Assembly (NCBI RefSeq): GCF_006345805.1
Contig: NW_021831698.1
Location: forward strand, 1-34,489
Origin: Octopus sinensis
Taxonomy: Eukaryota
DNA: 34,489 nt
Direction: 5' to 3'
Made by a program: the position numbers and the translations under genes
Shown here: one piece after another, positions 32,039 to 34,489 of the stretch
Layout: each line of letters starts with the position of its first letter
How positions within the stretch are numbered: position 1 is the first letter of the stretch
The notes under the pieces: model-generated
Databases searched by the model: none
Told to the model about the DNA's origin: nothing
What the model saw: the letters and a program-made list of their open reading frames with translations, nothing else

Positions 32039-32816
32039 ATATATATATATATACAGAGAGAGAGACAGACAGACACAGAGAGTGTGTGTGTGTGTGTGTG
32101 TGTTTGAAGTGGTGTATAGATATTGTATATTAAGTAAAGGAGGCAGTCAGGAATTTGGGATAATTCAATTTTTTTATTCCTTCATTCATTTCAGTCATTG
32201 AAAGGCGGCCCGACTACGATGAGTCTTCACTGTTACCACCACCACCACCACCACAATCAAGGTTTTTAGAAGATTTTACCGGATCTAACAGATCGTTGGG
32301 TATTAGCTTTATCGACATCGGTAAGAAACCTGGGCATCAGTGTAACAGGAACCAAACCAAATAACACAAGAAATTTTAGTTCGACCAAAACTTACTAGTT
32401 TCTACGTACAGGAACACGTATTAAACACATATACCACAACAAAATATATGTATATATGGCCATTCATACCATGGCTCCTAGGGAGCGTTGTTCGAAAGCT
32501 TGCTGCGCATTTGTTTGGAGATTAAGTCCTGGATTTCCTGAAGGAATGCTGCAAAATGGTCTCCTTATTCAATCCGAATTAGGGAATTTGCAGCCTTGAA
32601 ACTGTGTAGAAAATAATAAAAGGAATTTTGTAAAATCTTCGTTCAGCTCCATTCTTCCCTCACTAATATATAAAACTTCAATTATCCGCACTAGGCCGGT
32701 TGCGATACCCCATGGTCGTAACCTCAACCGTGAATTTTCTGTTGTGATTTTGTACCCAGGTATCGGTTATAATTTGAATAATCCGTAACAAGATAATCAT
32801 TTATCCATTTCAATAA

Positions 32817-32827
32817 ACATATATATA

Positions 32828-32867
<40 letters not shown>

Positions 32868-33084
32868 GTGTGTGTGTATATATATATATCTTATATATAT
32901 ATATATATATTATGTGTGTGTGTGTGTGTGTGTAATATATTATATATATGTGTATGTATATATATATAATATATATCTATGATATATAGATATATATATA
33001 TATATATTATATATATATAATATACATAACATATGCATACACATATACATATACTATACATATACATATACATATACATATATA
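32817..33084. repeat. (TA)n/(TG)n/(CATA) tract
   Basis: Direct reading. Confidence 0.95.
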
Positions 33085-33089
33085 GAAAA

Positions 33090-33683
33090 AAGTCAAGGTA
33101 GGAAATGCTAAAATAATTTTATAGAAATCATTTTACTACCAGTTTCGGTCATTGAGACCTCTTCAACTCTAAGTATGGAAAACAAATTTTGGAAAGTTTT
33201 TAAAAAGAATATTTACATAGTATACAAACACAAGAGGCATTTTCCTTGTTTCTGTCTGTCTCTGTCTCTGTCTCTCTTGTTTACTCTTGTGGGCTCGAAG
33301 TCGTTGTGAATTCTTGGCAGAGAAGAAGAAGAAGAAGAAGAAGAAGAAGAAGAAGAAGAGAAGAAGAAGAGAAGAGAAGAAAAGAAGAAAGAAGAAGAAG
33401 AAGAAGAAGAAAGAAGAAGAAGAAGAAGAAGAAGAAGAAGAAGAAGAAGAAGAAGAAGAAGAAGATGAGAAGAGAGAAGAAGAAGAAGAAGAAGAGACAG
33501 AGACAGACACAAACAAGGAAAATGCCATTTGTATTTGAATACTATGGCAAATATTCTTTTAAAAACTTTCCATTTAATTTTTCCAAAATTTGTTTTGCGT
33601 ACTTATAGTTGAAGAGGTCTCAATGACCGAAACCGGTATAAAACGTTTCTTATAAAAATTATTTTAGCATTCTTCCTTGACTT
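33090..33683. repeat. Long inverted repeat (arms about 190 bp) enclosing a (GAA)n tract; possible Penelope-derived foldback
   Basis: 33090-33277 versus 33494-33683; exact 27-nt match of 33142-33168 to the reverse complement of 33607-33633. Confidence 0.92.
33603..33655 (+). ncRNA. Hammerhead-ribozyme-like motif (right arm; mirror copy at 33119-33172 on minus)
   Basis: TTATAG-TTGAAGA-GGTC tcaat GACC-GAA-ACCGGT-A...GTTT-CT(T)ATAA: U3 variant of CUGANGA, perfect 4-bp stem II, GAAA, palindromic ACCGGT. Confidence 0.4.
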
Positions 33684-33686
33684 ATA

Positions 33687-33728
<42 letters not shown>

Positions 33729-33842
33729 ACTCGTGTCTTCCTTTTCAACCTTCTACATATATATACACACACACACACATACATCACACACACACACAAC
33801 ACATACATACATATATATATATATATACATATATAAATATAT

Positions 33843-33873
<31 letters not shown>

Positions 33874-33886
33874 TATATATTATATA
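33684..33886. repeat. (TA)n/(CA)n tract
   Basis: Direct reading. Confidence 0.93.
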
Positions 33887-34067
33887 TGGATCAAAACAGT
33901 TTGATTAAAATTCGTTGTAACTCTTGAGTTTCAAACGTGATTCTTGTCGTCAACCATTTTGAATTTGAATGAGAGAAGTTGATTTTATTAACGTAAATTT
34001 ACCTGCGATTGGTCAACAGAGGTCATGAAATTGGTTGAGTTCCCTTCCTTCATTTGTCCACTCACTC

Positions 34068-34069
<2 letters not shown>

Positions 34070-34113
<44 letters not shown>

Positions 34114-34126
34114 TGTGTGTGTGTGA
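34070..34126. repeat. (TG)n microsatellite
   Basis: Direct reading. Confidence 0.95.
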
Positions 34127-34489
34127 CAGTCGTGGATGCGTATTTCATTCTAAGCAACCTTCATCGGCACAATTGTCCGCCTTAATCTCCAGTATCCAAA
34201 GACTTAGACTTACACAAAAAAGAGTAGAAATCATTATCTATACATATATGTATATATTCTTCCATCTACACAATTTCCGTCTGTCAAATCTCACTAAAAA
34301 AAATTGATAGAAGATAATTAGCCTTGGTAGAATCATCGTAATGAAATCGAACCAGAAACTACGTGTTTGCATTGCTAAATTTTTAGTCACACGCTCATGT
34401 CTACCATAATTTATGGATTTTATTTTTGATTATATTTAGTCTGTTTTATTCAGTTTTATTTTAATTAATTTTTTTCTAACATTTTAAAC

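Noticed and set aside
2-34307. Most ORFs in the supplied track (poly-YI, HT, LS, CV, I, D, G, K/E runs)
   Set aside because: They are translations of di-, tri- and tetranucleotide repeats that lack stop codons; no domain content.

Overview
Eukaryotic, AT-rich, extremely microsatellite- and SINE-dense non-coding DNA. It is most consistent with a coleoid cephalopod (Octopus-like) intron or intergenic region; this is inferred from repeat style and was not checked against a database. No intact protein-coding gene, true tRNA/rRNA gene or CRISPR array is supportable, and most ORFs in the supplied track are translations of simple repeats. Supported features: one near-full-length dead mariner (620-1855, 26-bp perfect TIRs, TA target duplication, disrupted transposase); 5'-truncated LINE ends (CR1-type, RTE-type and an older CR1-like copy that may have been split); about 35 copies or fragments of at least five SINE-like families (my labels A-E); and many tandem repeats. 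The most unusual structures are: a ~600-bp foldback (33090-33683) with a hammerhead-ribozyme-like core in each arm around a GAA tract; other degenerate Penelope-style hammerhead-like motifs (15378-15416, 24083-24188); a foldback/MITE-like element at 4171-4695; SINE concatemers joined at tail-head microhomologies; and several candidate exons, including a 27-nt symmetric microexon with an upstream UGC motif. All exon and ribozyme calls are hypotheses.
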